Below, piece by piece: positions 26,601 through 38,100 of a stretch of 64,000 bases of DNA. The notes under the pieces were generated by a model that worked only from the letters and a program-made list of their open reading frames with translations, was not told where the DNA came from and did not search any database. Position 1 is the stretch's first letter; the number at the start of each line of letters is the position of its first letter. The stretch covers positions 4,868,662 through 4,932,661 of the forward strand of contig OZ037770.1 in NCBI GenBank assembly GCA_964035545.1, read 5' to 3'. The position numbers were made by a program, and so were the translations under genes. Source of the stretch: Bugula neritina. Taxonomy: Eukaryota > Animalia > Bryozoa.

Positions 26601-27229
26601 TCAATCTACAAACATGCCTGTCACCGTGATCTCTACACCATCTTTCAGCAAGTGAGTGAAGAACTAAAGTATTTTTTGCCATTTTAACGTTTATACAAGA
26701 AAGTATTACTAATTGTAGCATCTCCTTCATTGTCACGTTCAAAGAAAGAAAAGATTTGGTCCTTTCTTAGTATAAGAGAATGCCATTCAGCGCTTTCCTT
26801 GTTTGAATCGTGGAGTTTAGTCTGTGTTTTTACAGTTTCTTTAGAGTACTGGCTCAGTACTATATATTGATAGTTTCTCTCCTTTTTTAATATGTTCTTG
26901 TAGTCTGCTAATAACTAGTCCACTTTATCAAATGACATTACTGTAGCGGACAACTCCAAAGGTTTTACTACTCCGATGCATTAATGTAGGATAAAATATT
27001 CTAACAGCTGGGAGTTGTACCTTATTACTTTTAGTAGTGAATTGATGAACAATCTTACTAGTCATTACTTACTCTACAGGTACAGACTAAATTAGTGAAG
27101 AAACTGTATCCAGATGAAGATTCAGAAAGGAGCAGAAATTTGGTTGTAATCTGGAAGACTCTTCCTCCCCGTAAAAGACTTTACCTGTTTCCTGGCTTTG
27201 ATGGGTTGAGTATAGAGGACAACTCCTAA
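1866..27229 (+). CDS. LRR-Roc-COR-caspase fusion protein (ROCO GTPase with C-terminal caspase/peptidase C14 domain); 8 exons in window, 5' end missing
   Basis: Exons 1866-3827, 4153-4245, 4428-4576, 4841-5011, 5262-5475, 5631-5858 (or 5864), 26548-26651 and 27080-27229 all have GT-AG borders and compatible phases. They sum to 3071 nt (2 nt plus 1023 codons including TAA) with no internal stop. Roc and caspase motifs appear in the correct order. Confidence 0.88.
4153..4245 (+). CDS. Exon: post-COR helical linker
   Basis: ttcag|GT GAG GCG... reads (C)EALSEKETDELVKLLTQLKLRKRQNDAIRI; phase 1 at both ends; donor GTATA at 4246. Confidence 0.8.
4428..4576 (+). CDS. Exon: acidic linker preceding the caspase domain
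   Basis: ttgcag|AT GAT GAT... reads DDDGDLSDLSDDDDNLYPDEENEENVKFIQPNLKTTRNLKIKNLFSNAEM; donor GTTGGT at 4577. Confidence 0.8.
4841..5011 (+). CDS. Exon: start of caspase large (p20) subunit
   Basis: VFNMTRKRGKALIINNKNFVERPDLCRESSDADVENMSVMLKSLKFDVETHTDLTAE matches the caspase pattern M..xRGxALIINNxxF...R....D.......L.F.V....DLT. Confidence 0.92.
5262..5475 (+). CDS. Exon: caspase catalytic core
   Basis: EMLSVVRSE...ILVVMTHGGEDTCIYGTD...KPKPTVVILEACSG contains the His motif THG (canonical SHG) and the Cys motif EACSG (canonical QACRG). Confidence 0.92.
5631..5858 (+). CDS. Exon: inter-subunit linker and start of caspase small (p10) subunit
   Basis: VKIEVNPDRSG...SESDDDIVYPETP...DVDNLLVLKSNVC corresponds to the DxLxxxST strand. 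The phase-1 donor is either GTAGGT at 5859 or GTATAC at 5865. Confidence 0.8.
11036..11440. repeat. Degenerate foldback/MITE-like inverted repeat inside the giant element (also at about 36653-37055)
   Basis: AAATACACCTAAATAATCAAGG (about 11131) is inverted as CCTTGATTATTTAGGTGTATTT (about 11305); GCTAATGAACA/TGTTCATTAGC and TTAGTACA/TGTACTAA are outer arm matches. Confidence 0.7.
13500..16465 (+). mobile_element. Degenerate non-LTR retrotransposon with restriction-like endonuclease (R4/Dong-like), copy 1
   Basis: Frameshifted motifs IFQGDSLS, HLLYVDDLK, KCA, YKYLG, KAINTWAV, GGR, ETEGLLTAAQ, CxxC..H, DFNIHTD..RPDI...IIDI..P, KYQNLA. (AAT)n tail at 16451-16465 and (AAT)n upstream at about 13475-13503. 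Part of the RT is deleted. Confidence 0.85.
16470..21360. repeat. Long cryptic triplet-periodic (A-N-T) low-complexity tract including (ACT/AGT)n at 17510-17670
   Basis: Runs such as act act acc act gat act agt act and att act att att att agt gtt act att recur over several kb; no long ORF. Confidence 0.65.
22210..22512. repeat. CT-rich polypyrimidine/polypurine tract (also 48163-48468)
   Basis: About 300 bp of CTCTCCCACCCTC-like units. Confidence 0.9.
25858..25947. repeat. 30-bp tandem repeat x3 (x2 in copy 2 at about 51816-51878)
   Basis: Unit TATTTATAATGATATAAAGCCAAAACTCAT. Confidence 0.9.
26548..26651 (+). CDS. Exon: caspase small subunit (SWR/GSxFI-equivalent region)
   Basis: attatag|CA TCA AAG AGA... 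reads SSKRHPEYGSPMIRALVSSIYKHACHRDLYTIFQQ; donor GTGAGT at 26652. Confidence 0.85.
27080..27229 (+). CDS. Last exon: caspase C-terminus
   Basis: ctacag|VQTKLVKKLYPDEDSERSRNLVVIWKTLPPRKRLYLFPGFDGLSIEDNS*. TL...LYLFPG is a typical caspase terminal strand. Confidence 0.88.
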   Translation, partial: VQTKLVKKLYPDEDSERSRNLVVIWKTLPPRKRLYLFPGFDGLSIEDNS

Positions 27230-27719
27230 CTCAGTACATAACTTGAGTTTGTGCGAATGGGTAACGACTACTTGACAGTCAAATTATCTATCAACGATTT
27301 TTAACTTTTGTATCTTATTTTGAGTATAGAGCTATATACTGATAACATTTACTTCTGTAAATTAGCTTGTGATGTCCTTTTATATTGAATAATCATATTA
27401 TATGTTATTCTCTCCTGTCATTTTACAGGAATTATATAATCATTTCACTTGTGAGTTGGCGTGTTCTGCCTATACAGATTACTATGTTATAGTATTTAGT
27501 GTAATATGGTTGGCAGAGTATTTTAGGTCTTGTAAAACATTAACCATTCCTGCTTATATGGTTTTTACTTGGCCAAATTTGGTATCATTTATATTTTCAT
27601 GTGACACTAAGCACTGACTATGTTGTTTCATCCACATGTTCTAATGCCTATGCTAACATTATTATCATAATAACAGTAGCTTGCTAGTATATATCGAAGT
27701 TTGCTTTTTATATTTTATC

Positions 27720-27725
27720 AATAAA
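27720..27725 (+). terminator. Candidate polyadenylation signal of the ROCO-caspase gene
   Basis: AATAAA about 490 nt after the stop codon; the AT-rich context makes this weak evidence. Confidence 0.4.
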
Positions 27726-27940
27726 TTTATTCAAATATTTTATGTGAAAATTGTTTGTATGATTTCAAGTTCTGTAAAATTTCACTTCAATAATCTGTGA
27801 CTAAAGTAACGAGTCTATTATCTAAAAATTATATCCATGAAATCCTTCTTTTTTTTATCTGCGTCTGCAAACCAATCATTTCTCAAATAAGCTAATGAAA
27901 TGATAACATCGTTATTTATTAAATGCTATTCAGATATTTT

Positions 27941-30760
27941 GGGCAGATGGGGCTCAGTAGCCTGGAAGGTCAGCTTATCTAAGAGAAAAAAAACTCTGAT
28001 TTCAAACCTCTGCTGTTTTGCGGCGATACTCAACCAAAGGAAAGGCTTGGGGGTCAAACCCCAAAGATGAATCAGGATTTGGAGCCCTGAAGGTATTTCG
28101 TAGTTACTTAAAACCTTGTTCTGGCAGCTTCTGCGACGACGCTGGTGCCAAACTGTGACAGCGCTGCTGTTTCTTTAGATCCGCCAGCGATGTGGAGAGG
28201 TGGGACATGCTACATGGGCAAGAACCTTTCCTCCATGTTATCAATGCCCAGGTATACACTCGCACAGCATCTCACTGGAGAGAATACTCCATCTTCACTT
28301 TCTGTGTAGACACAAAACCAGGAGCAGCAGATACAGATTATAAGCTGTCTCTGTTGTGTAGAGCAAAGCACCAGGAGTCACGTCTATTGGTGGGAGAGGC
28401 TTTCAGATTTTATTGTACAGCTGCTGCCCGCCATAAGCTAGGCAGCTTCCAGCCAGTTACGTGCTCTTTCGCCACTGTCTTCTTTCCTCATTGGGTGCAT
28501 GGGAAATAGGAGACAACTGAACAGCAAACTGCAACAAAACAATGAAAACTAAAAGACCAGCTCCTATATATATTGGAATGTTGGAGCGTCTGTACCATGC
28601 TCACTGGTCTATGCATTAATTTACAGGCGTCAGAGACACCTAAAAAAATGCCATTATAAGCAACAAATTTAATAGATTAGGCGTCGACATTACTACCAGT
28701 TCAAGAAACGTGGTTAGCTCGTTATGGCACTCTAAAATAAGCACTACTGGTTTTATGGTAGGGGCGGAGTTCTAATTAACCAAGAGTGTACGGAGTTGGT
28801 TTTTCAGTGAGGGACAGCTTCTTTGATATGGTAGAGCCATGTATCAACAGCTTAGAGGGACATATGACATTTTGCCTCAACACTATCAGTGGCCCTGTCA
28901 ACCTTGACAGTGTATGTGCTCCAACACTATCCGCCACACCAGATGACAAGAACACGTTCTATAAAAATCTCACAACCATCACTAGGACCATCTCCAGCAC
29001 ACTACAATTAATCCTACTGGGGGATTCCAATGCCAAAGTGAGTGCTGATCACGACTCATCTCTCCTGCTTAAGACACTTTGGTGTTAGAAGATTGAATTA
29101 TAATGGTCAGATATTGCTTGAACTCAGTGCCCTCTACAACTTGTGCATTACCAACACTTATTTCAAAGCCAAGCCACAAAATTTTCTAGAGACACCCACG
29201 TTCCAACCAATCCCTATCAGACATAATGCCATCAGGAATGTCTTCCACACTCGCTCCTGTCACAGTGCAGACTGTGACACTGGCCACTTTCTTGCATGCT
29301 GCAAAATTAGGCTTCTACCAAAGCCATTTTACCATACAAAAAACTGGGCACTCTCGCATACATATTACTAACAAGTCATAACCTGACCTTGTGGATCAAT
29401 TTTCTGATGTTTTTTCAAGAATAATTCTTTCCCTCACAGCCTGGAAAATCTGCCACAGCAAAGTGATAGGCTCTGCAAAACTCAATGCGCATTGCAGCCT
29501 TGACCACTTTTGGTAAAAAGACATCAAAGTCACATGAATGGTTTGATGCAAAGTCAACTGAAATGACACCGATCATTGAAGCTTACCATGCTGCCTTGAC
29601 AGAATACAAACGATCACCTAGTGACCAAAAACCTTTGTGTTCTGAGGGCTGCCAGGAGTAAAACTACACAGAGCGCTAGGCATTACGTCAATGAGTACTG
29701 GTCTGAGCTTAAGGAGGGTATCCAAAATGCACCGCAACAGTTAACGTCAGAGCAATGTATGATGGCATCATGCAAGAAGGTAATAAGACCAATCTAGAGC
29801 AAGACGGCTCCTCTCAAACCTTCCACTAGGGAAGTCATCACTGACGAAGGAAAACAAATGGAGCAATGGGTAGAACACTACACCAACCTACACTCTCACC
29901 AGAATGTTGTATCTTCCTCTGTTCTTGATGCCGTTGAATGTATGTCCACTATTGATGATTTTGATGACGAAACCACTGCGCATTACCTTAATAACGCCAT
30001 TGATAGTTTGTCTTAGAGCAAGACACCTGGCAGTAATGCACTATCTTTTGATTACATCAAGTGCTGCAAAACTGATCTTTTGCATCCCCTGCATGTCAAT
30101 GCTGAGAAGAAGGTGCTGCGCCACGAGACTTGAGAGATGCAAACTTTACAAGAATGAGGGAGACAAAAAAGGTTTCTACAAATAAAGAGACATCTATCAT
30201 ACTACTCAGCATCATTGGCAAAGTATTTGCCGAAGTCATCCTGGCTCGCCTACAGATACTACTGAACGGGTCTACCCGAGTCGCAGTGTGGTTTCCGTGC
30301 CGCAATTGACATGATCTTCTCTTTGCGACAGCTCCAGGAAAAGTGTAAAGAGCAAAAGATGCCTTTCTGTGTTGCCTTTGTCAAATTGACAAAGGCTTTG
30401 TTCTGGTCAACAGAAAAGGGTTGCTAAAAATCCTTCCAAAGATCGTCTGCTTTTCAAAGCTGCAAAGCGTGATAGATTCTTTTCACAATAAGATGAAGGG
30501 GACAGCAATGTTTGACAGCAACCTTTCGGAACCCTCCGACATACGAAGTGGCGCCAAACAAGGCTGCATTCTTGCACCAACACTCTTTGGTGTCTTCTTT
30601 GCCACGCTCTTAAAGCGCGCTTTCGATAATACATCAGAAGGTATTTACCTACAAACTAAATTCAATAATAAACTTTTTAACTTTGCCTGACTCAGAGCCT
30701 CCAAAAAAGTTTTTCAAGTTGTCATCAAAGACATGCTTGGTTGCTCATGATGCTGCTTTG
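27941..30760 (+). mobile_element. Degenerate RTE-clade LINE (APE endonuclease + RT), 3'-truncated
   Basis: Frameshifted motifs QETWL, YGVGF, LGDSNAKV, NGQILLEL..NLCITNTYF, SADCDTGH, SQCGFR, DMIFSLRQLQEKCKEQ, SGAKQGCILAPTLFG; ends at the decayed ADD motif. Confidence 0.9.
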
Positions 30761-31727
30761 ATTTAAATCATTGCTTGCAATATAAGATTCAATGACTATA
30801 TGCCATGTGTTTTGTCGGTGAAACTTCAGGTTTAGGAGTTGTTTTCTTTCATAGCACTATAATTATACTATATCAACTAACTAGGCAAAACTCTGTGGAC
30901 ATAAAATCGAATGGACAACTAATTGAAAATCATTCAACACTCTTTGTTTAAAATATTATAATGCTGCTCACTAACACAGACTAACATGCATGATTGAATA
31001 ACTTTTTAACAGACATTGAGTGTTTTTTTTAAACAGTAAAAATCCTAGGTGGTATAAATTAGCAAATTGTTAAACCCCTTAAGGTATTCTGCAGTTATAA
31101 TCAACTATGACGAAGCCTACAGTTGAACTTAATTCTATTTCCTGTATTGTTCATCTAGAACCGAAACAGGCATATATGACAAGCTATGGAACTGTGTTTG
31201 AGGTAGGCAAGTGACCCCATGTCAATTGATACAACTTAAACTATCTTAAAACTCAATATACACTTATCTAGATATAAGAATGCTTGATAAACAAACCAAT
31301 ATGTCACAAAGATTACCAGATATGAATCAAAACCAGATAGTTTATCTCTCCAGGTCTGTTATTTTACCTTGTCTTCATGTTTGTAATGATTAGCTAAAGC
31401 ATCAGTTCCAATATATAACTTTTTTATTTATCAAATATTATTAAACTTGCGTTAATGTTGATGAAATTATATATATATATATTTCAATGTATAATAATGT
31501 TTGTGAGAATTAGTAAAAAAATACATAACGTGCAACTTTCTTGCAAAAATATAAATAGTTATTGCAGACAAAAAATGGATTCCAGTGCATATAAAAAATA
31601 TGTATATAGATCTTGTATATGCTTCGTATTTTCACAAATGATTATAATCTACACTATGTGTCCAATACCAAAATATGAACGTGGTCAAACAATAACAGAG
31701 TATTCTAAAAAAAACATTTTTAACTTT

Positions 31728-31891
31728 TCACCCCATAATCCTGTATTTTATTTCAGAGTTGAGGAGTTGTCGTTCTTGTCTAGAGTTGGCTATCAGAGAG
31801 GAATTTTCATGAGATCGTCTAGACAGATATGGCAAAGACTCGCTGATTTTACCAACAGCCACTGATTTATACACAGGATATCCCTTTCGAC
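31728..31891 (-). CDS. PRODH: PRODH-like last exon
   Basis: GRKGYPVYKSVAVGKISESLPYLSRRSHENSSLIANSRQERQLLNSEIKYRIMG*. Confidence 0.9.
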
Positions 31892-32391
31892 CTAAATACA
31901 ACAGGATATTGAGAATAAATATTGATTGACAAGCTTCTCGTATAATTCGATGGAAGTTGTCTTCTTTTTAAAGAATAGTTTTCCTGAAAGAGGTATATAT
32001 AGGTGGCTGAGTATTATAGGTTTAGATAGCCCTTAAGAGTTATTAACTACAGATGAAGGTATATTTAAACCGGTCAAGTTCCGTTAGGTTTTGAATTTTT
32101 ACTGAGTTTAAAACGGTGCGACTTTGAATTTTATTGATTCTCATTTGCATTGAAGAGTTTAAAGTTGATTTGTAACTTAACAAATTTTCCGGGTTTATAG
32201 TCACTAACCCTACAACAGTCCCAGATAGAAAACGTAAACTACAATTTTCTCTTTTATGTTGTAAAAGAAAATTATGACTGAGTACCCTTCTTCAACTCAG
32301 CAGTGGCCTTTGTATAAGATAGAAATGCTGTCTATATGCTTAATAAGCCTGTGCTTTAACCACTAGATCATGCTGCAATAGTTACACTTAC

Positions 32392-32480
32392 CTAGAGTAT
32401 ATGTTATGTGGTCACACATTCCATAAACCTGAGCAAGTATCACTTTCTTGTCTTCATTCAAAATACCATAACTTCTCATT
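32392..32480 (-). CDS. PRODH: PRODH-like exon
   Basis: RMRSYGILNEDKKVILAQVYGMCDHITYTLG; GT-AG borders with matching phases. Confidence 0.9.
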
Positions 32481-32669
32481 CTACATGAGAATATTATTAC
32501 TATAGCTATCTTAAGTTTATATAATACATTATGCATGTAAATGGATATAATGTATATGGGCATTGCATCCGAGAGGGATGGATTATGTAAAGTTGTTTAT
32601 AGTAATAAAACATTTGATCAGTTTCCACCACATAACCAGCTACAATTAAACTGGTAAAACTATATCTAC

Positions 32670-32892
32670 CTTTCTACAGCCTGTTTGATGGAGTCTTGGT
32701 TATGAGAAGCGAGAACAAATCTCATTTGTCTCCCCTGGTTGCTGTTATCACGGATCTTCTGCAGTAGCCAGTTGGCTGTAGAGTTGTATGAGTTATGTGT
32801 AGCCTGTATTCCATCGTGTATAGGACAAGGATGACCTTGACTTTTAGCTTCATTTTCCTCAGCTACCATGTACGCTCCCCTCACCAACTTAG
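32670..32892 (-). CDS. PRODH: PRODH-like exon
   Basis: AKLVRGAYMVAEE...FVLASHNQDSIKQAVER. Confidence 0.92.
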
Positions 32893-33504
32893 CTGAAATA
32901 TCAAACAAACAGTTTTTAGAACCTCAGCTTTCTGTTATATAAACAGCATGAAATTAAATAATTCTACATAATATACGTGTGAATCAGTCAAAAGGAAGAA
33001 AATAAACATTCCTAAGTAATTAAACAAACATAATATTGAACTATACTCATCTGTTGATAAAAGTTTTAAATTAGCTGCATTTTGTCAAAGTTTATATTAT
33101 GAACAAGCTCATTTTAATATAAGTCAAGTGTTTTGTTTTTTACAAGAACCCAACATTGTAGAATCATTAAAGCACAACTGGATGCGTCAATAACTTTAAA
33201 AATGCATTTTGAGTTATGCCAATCAGCCGAATAAAGGACATTGGAAGGTCACATGAATCCACAAAATAGAGTATAAATTGTAATAGATTATCTCAAATCA
33301 ATCTTTAATCTAATATACAATATGTTTGTGATTGTGAAGCAGAATACCCTATCAATTATTAATGTGTTTGCTAGTTCAACCTATTGGGAATTTTAATTAT
33401 TATTTATATACTTGGAAGTTGCCCTCTTACATTCTGGTGAAGGCCAGAATATAGACAACCCCGTATGCTAATCAGGTAATCAACTGGAAAACTGACTGAC
33501 TCAC

Positions 33505-33568
33505 CCCCATAGTGAAGGTTATTCTTCTCGGCAAAATTGAATTCCCACTGCAAGGCCTCAAATGACTT
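33505..33568 (-). CDS. PRODH: PRODH-like exon
   Basis: KSFEALQWEFNFAEKNNLHYG; acceptor ttgtag, donor GTGAGT; links YLK to AKLVRG in frame. Confidence 0.85.
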
Positions 33569-33811
33569 CTACAATGTGCAAGAAACAACCAACATAGTGT
33601 GCACACATGAAGACATCTTTGTAGAAAAAGTTATACATTTACCAAAAATATATTTACATGGAGAAACAAAAACACATCTTCTGCGCCTTGAGAACCAATT
33701 TGGAGCAAGTTTAAATGTTTATTAGAAAAAATAATGAAAGAAAGACAACTTTTGTTTGGTCCGTGAATCCACATTCTGAAACTTACTATCTGTAGATAAC
33801 AGCAGTCTAAC

Positions 33812-34863
33812 CTTGAGGTAGCATTGTGTTGTGTTCCAAACAACAGCCTCATGCCCACGACACACTACAGTCAAAACTCGACTGTGGCGGCCATTTTAAA
33901 GCTGCTCGGGCATACCTTCAACGTCACGTCTTACTTTTTGCTGGTCACACTACAGTTCACTACGAACGATGAAAGCTAACTGTCTCTAGTCTCGCAGTAA
34001 ACTTTTAAACCAATAGGAATGCTTTAAATCAGTTTCTGCAATATCCACAGTAACCAACAATTAAATTTAGCGCAATTTTTTGAGATTTACTAGCATAATT
34101 TAATAAGATTTTCTAGTTATTTTTATTCTAATTTACTAGCTTCAATTATTCAAAATTACTAGCTTTTTTTAACGAGATTACTTAGCTTTATTCAAGCTCA
34201 TTCACTAGCCTAAAGAACTAAATAGTACGCTAATACAATTCAACCAAATTAGAAAAACTAAATATGCAGATAAAATTCAGCAAAATGTATCTAATAAATA
34301 CTTATTGTCATGATTTATTGAAACTTTCATACATAACTTCATCATAATTATTTTAAAAGAAAAATAATATAATTTTTGAAGAACCAAATCAAATAATAAT
34401 GCTCGCTAGTAGCACGTAGAAAAAGTAAAAGCACTTAACCAATCAGGGTTTACCTTGCCAGTCAGTGATTGGCTAATTGCTCAACTTCAGCGATGACAGT
34501 TCGACATTTGGAACTTTCATCGCATCGCGAAAAACTGACAGTTGCGTTCAGAAATCAGACAGTTGTGACGTCACAGAGGTCATCGCTTAGCCTCGAAAAC
34601 GCGTTCAAGATGGTCGTTTTGACTGTAGTGTGGCAGCCCTATTAGTCCTATTACACACTAGACTGAGAGCCATGGCCAAAGCTGTGAGAGCCGGGTTCGT
34701 GTTGGTATACTCAGCGTCCACCATCAACACTGTATCTGTGGCAACAGCTTCCTGCCCCAGTTCACTGAGCAGAATTAGCCCCGACAGCAATTCTGGGACG
34801 ATGCCAGAAGCCCCAGGTATTTCCCCTAGCCACCTCAGGGTGTCTACAGGTACAGCCCATGTG
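33812..34863 (-). CDS. PRODH: PRODH-like exon interrupted by a MITE
   Basis: The 5' part reads TWAVPVDTLRW...VLMVDAEYTNTNPALTALAMALSLVCNRT and the 3' part reads EAVVWNTTQCYLK. Removing 33852-34644 restores the frame. Confidence 0.85.
33852..34641. mobile_element. PIF/Harbinger-like MITE (790 bp) inserted in a PRODH exon
   Basis: Perfect 17-bp inverted repeat CACACTACAGTCAAAAC (33861-33877 / 34616-34632), each 9 bp from the ends. Flanked by TCA / TTA (imperfect 3-bp TSD). Confidence 0.82.
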
Positions 34864-35039
34864 CTGTATAATGCAGTGGAAGTAGTTATAAATATCAGGA
34901 CAATTCTTAGTTAATATTTGGATTATTTAAAATGAGTCAACAAACTTATCTAATATGACAAAACCCACAGAAGTTTAGAGTCCTTATCCTAGATGGACGA
35001 GATATTTTAAATGCTGAGTAAAAACCTAAATTATTATGT

Positions 35040-35135
35040 AGCACAAGAGTAACAACACGCATGACCTTTACTGGAAATTGACCCCATCACCTTGGTGTTA
35101 CTAAGTCAGCAATCTAACCCCTAAACCGCTGCTGC
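35040..35135 (-). mobile_element. Degenerate tRNA-derived SINE-like head
   Basis: Minus strand GCAGCGGTTTAGGGGTTAGATTGCTGACTTAGTAACACCAAGGTGATGGGGTCAATTTCC resembles decayed Pol III A and B boxes. Confidence 0.45.
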
Positions 35136-38100
35136 TTCCTAACATATCTATAGGATAAGCAGAAGGTATAGTAATATGCAGATTTGGTGAAGATCAAATT
35201 TTTTGCAGACTGAGGTCTTTGAGCTTCACAATTGGCACGTTAAGTCTGCACTCCCAGGTTTATTTTAAACTAGCACTGCCAAAGTGCCTTGACTCTATTA
35301 CAGTGTTTACTAGCTAATTTTGTTCTTCTCAATAGTGAAATAGATCTATTGCAAGAAATTAATGACTAGATAAAACAATAATGATTTTTAGGCAAGACTT
35401 TCGCATCTATATTGCTCATCTGCTAGCTTGAAATACCCCTCTCCTTGGACTAATCTCAGGCTTTTCATTGTTGTTTAAACAGTTTTTAAACTCCTATTTC
35501 AATAAATCATTACCAACACTGCCTGCATGTATTAATATTCATTAGTGCCATCAATGCACTGTGGAGACAGCACCTGATGTTCTGTATATTACATTATAGT
35601 ACAGAGATACTAAATCCAAAACATCTAAAATAATTGATGCTTCTACCAGATTTTTAGCACACCTATAATATGTATTCCTGTAGTAAATATTAATAAGATG
35701 TTTTAACTGATAGTTTTTATGCCATTATAATAGTTTGATACTATAACTACAACTTGAAACTCTTTAACCAGCACATTGGTTAGTAATATTGCTTCTTGAT
35801 ATTTAATTGCTGGTTCACAAACTATCAATAATAGGGATGCATATCAAAACTTGACTGCATTCATAATATGATTTTAATGCTAGGTAATGACTAAGCATGT
35901 CTGGCTGATATGAGGTGACTATTTTGTACACTGTTTAACAACATCAGCTTTTTGGGTTCATTTAAAGCATCTGCAAATCTGTATTATACATAATTACTGT
36001 TAGGGCCAATTAATTAAATTGTTAACCCTGAAATGCTTTTTACACTGTAATACTAAGTAGTAAAAGATATGTATATATATAAACTGATTGTAACTTATAC
36101 ATAACATTGTACATTTAAAAAAAAATCACAAAATACATAAGTTATTAGCTAAATTTCAAGGCGTTTTGTAGGTAGTGGGTTAATGTCAATAAAGTAGAAT
36201 CCGGGAAGTTGAGTAGCTTTATTCAAGAGGAAGGCTCTCCAACAGTTCTACCAAAGCCTAAATAACATGTATAAAATAAAGGTTATATGCACAATTTTTT
36301 TTCCAAAACAGCCTGCAACTGTTTTGCTATTGCATATGCCCTATGCCATTCATCAAGTAGAACAATTTTAACCAGGATATCTAGAAAAGTTGACACAAGG
36401 GCTTTATAACTTATGTAACAGTAAAACTGTGAGTAGAAATTAATTGACACTAATGAATAATGCTTTAGGTGCTGGCAACAACCATAAAAGAAAAGTTATA
36501 TAACAAACAAATAGAAAAAGCACTAAACAAATCAACAGCATTATATACAATTCGGGCACATACATGAAAACAGCAGCTAGTCTCATTTTCTTAAGACAGC
36601 ACTATTTTAGGTATAAATTTAAGAAGTATTAGAAAATGCAGAAATTTACTGCAATTGGTTCATTTTATTTAAGTTAGTACATACTGAAGATCTCAAGTTT
36701 TTGCTAATGAACATGAGTTTTGGCCCGAAACTAAAAAATATCAATAAATACACCTAAATAATCAAGGCTCTTTTTAATTTTCTTTGATTTACTATGCTTT
36801 TTTTCTAATTACAGCAACTTCTGACTGGGGATCGCCACGGTTAGTTTGTAACAGTAGGCAATCCAAATGAAATGAATAAATAGGAAAAAACATGAGAAAT
36901 CATGCAAACTTAAGAAGAACCTTGATTATTTAGGTGTATTTCTTGATGTCTCACTAATTTTAAGCAAAAAGCATTGTTCATTAGCAGCTAAAATGTAAAA
37001 ATGGCTAAAAACTGCAGATTTCCAGTGTGTACTAAATTAAATAAAAGGACTCAATCACCTTTGCAACATAATTCAATAATTGCATGGTCAAGCAGAATAA
37101 ACTACAATTAACAGCAACAACAGTGTAATAGTTGCGTAGAAAAGTTGTACTGCAAAAAACTAAAAGAATGCAAAATCTATAAATGTGTGCTACCAAGTAA
37201 ATGCTGAACAGACATCATGAAATAGTGTACGAAATACAAACTATTAAACTTACCTGTTGATCTAATGCAGCCAAAACCTTAAGCTTGGAGTAGTGGAATG
37301 GTGCTGTTCGATGTTGATATGCTACAAGTAGCTAAGATGACTCAAATTCTTGCCTTTAGGAGTAAGAGACCTCAGCTCAGTTTCAACAAAACTTCCAATA
37401 ATCTCAACGGATGCGCTCAATTAGGAGCCACAACAAAGCACACCCATGTCATTTTAGTAAACTCTAAAAAATGAACGGAAATAAAACTGTTAGAGAGTAA
37501 ACAGAGAAACATATAGTGATGGGGGAAAAACCTGTCAGAAAAGGTTATATACACTCATAGTCATAACACGAAGAAAAAGATAATGAATAACAACCTATTC
37601 AAGATGACACAAGAAACCAAACAAATTTCTTTGACTAAAAAATATAATTAACTACTATATTACTTGGCAAAAAATATTTGTTTTGAACAACGTATTATTG
37701 GGAAGAATTGCCAGTGTCTTAAATTTTGAGATTAAAATTTCTGCCTTATAGCGGAAATAGAGAGGCAATCAATAGTGTACAAAACATGTTTTCAGTCATT
37801 GGCTGTTGACTAAATTGACAAAGTTAAAGAAAGCTTCCATATCATTATTTATTTTGTTCTCAAGTGTGTGGTTACAGTTTCATGAGTCAGAAATATAATT
37901 ATTTGAGATATGAAATCAAATGTAGTCAAAAGAGTGTCATACAATTTAAAATGTAGTAATAGAGCTTTGACAATAATTTCTTCTGCTAAGTAAAACAGGT
38001 ACCATTATGTGCTACTTATCTTTTAGAGATGAACATCAAGGATGTTGAAAACAAAATAGTTGTAAATTACAGCAAATACCTTTCTACTTACCTAACCAGA

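Noticed and set aside
27229-31728. Functional link between the caspase fusion and PRODH (pro-apoptotic in mammals)
   Set aside because: Tail-to-tail adjacency in a eukaryote is not evidence of co-function without conserved synteny.
31455-31865. 136-aa plus-strand ORF (and 34630-34914)
   Set aside because: Antisense shadows of PRODH exons and 3' UTR with no recognisable motif.
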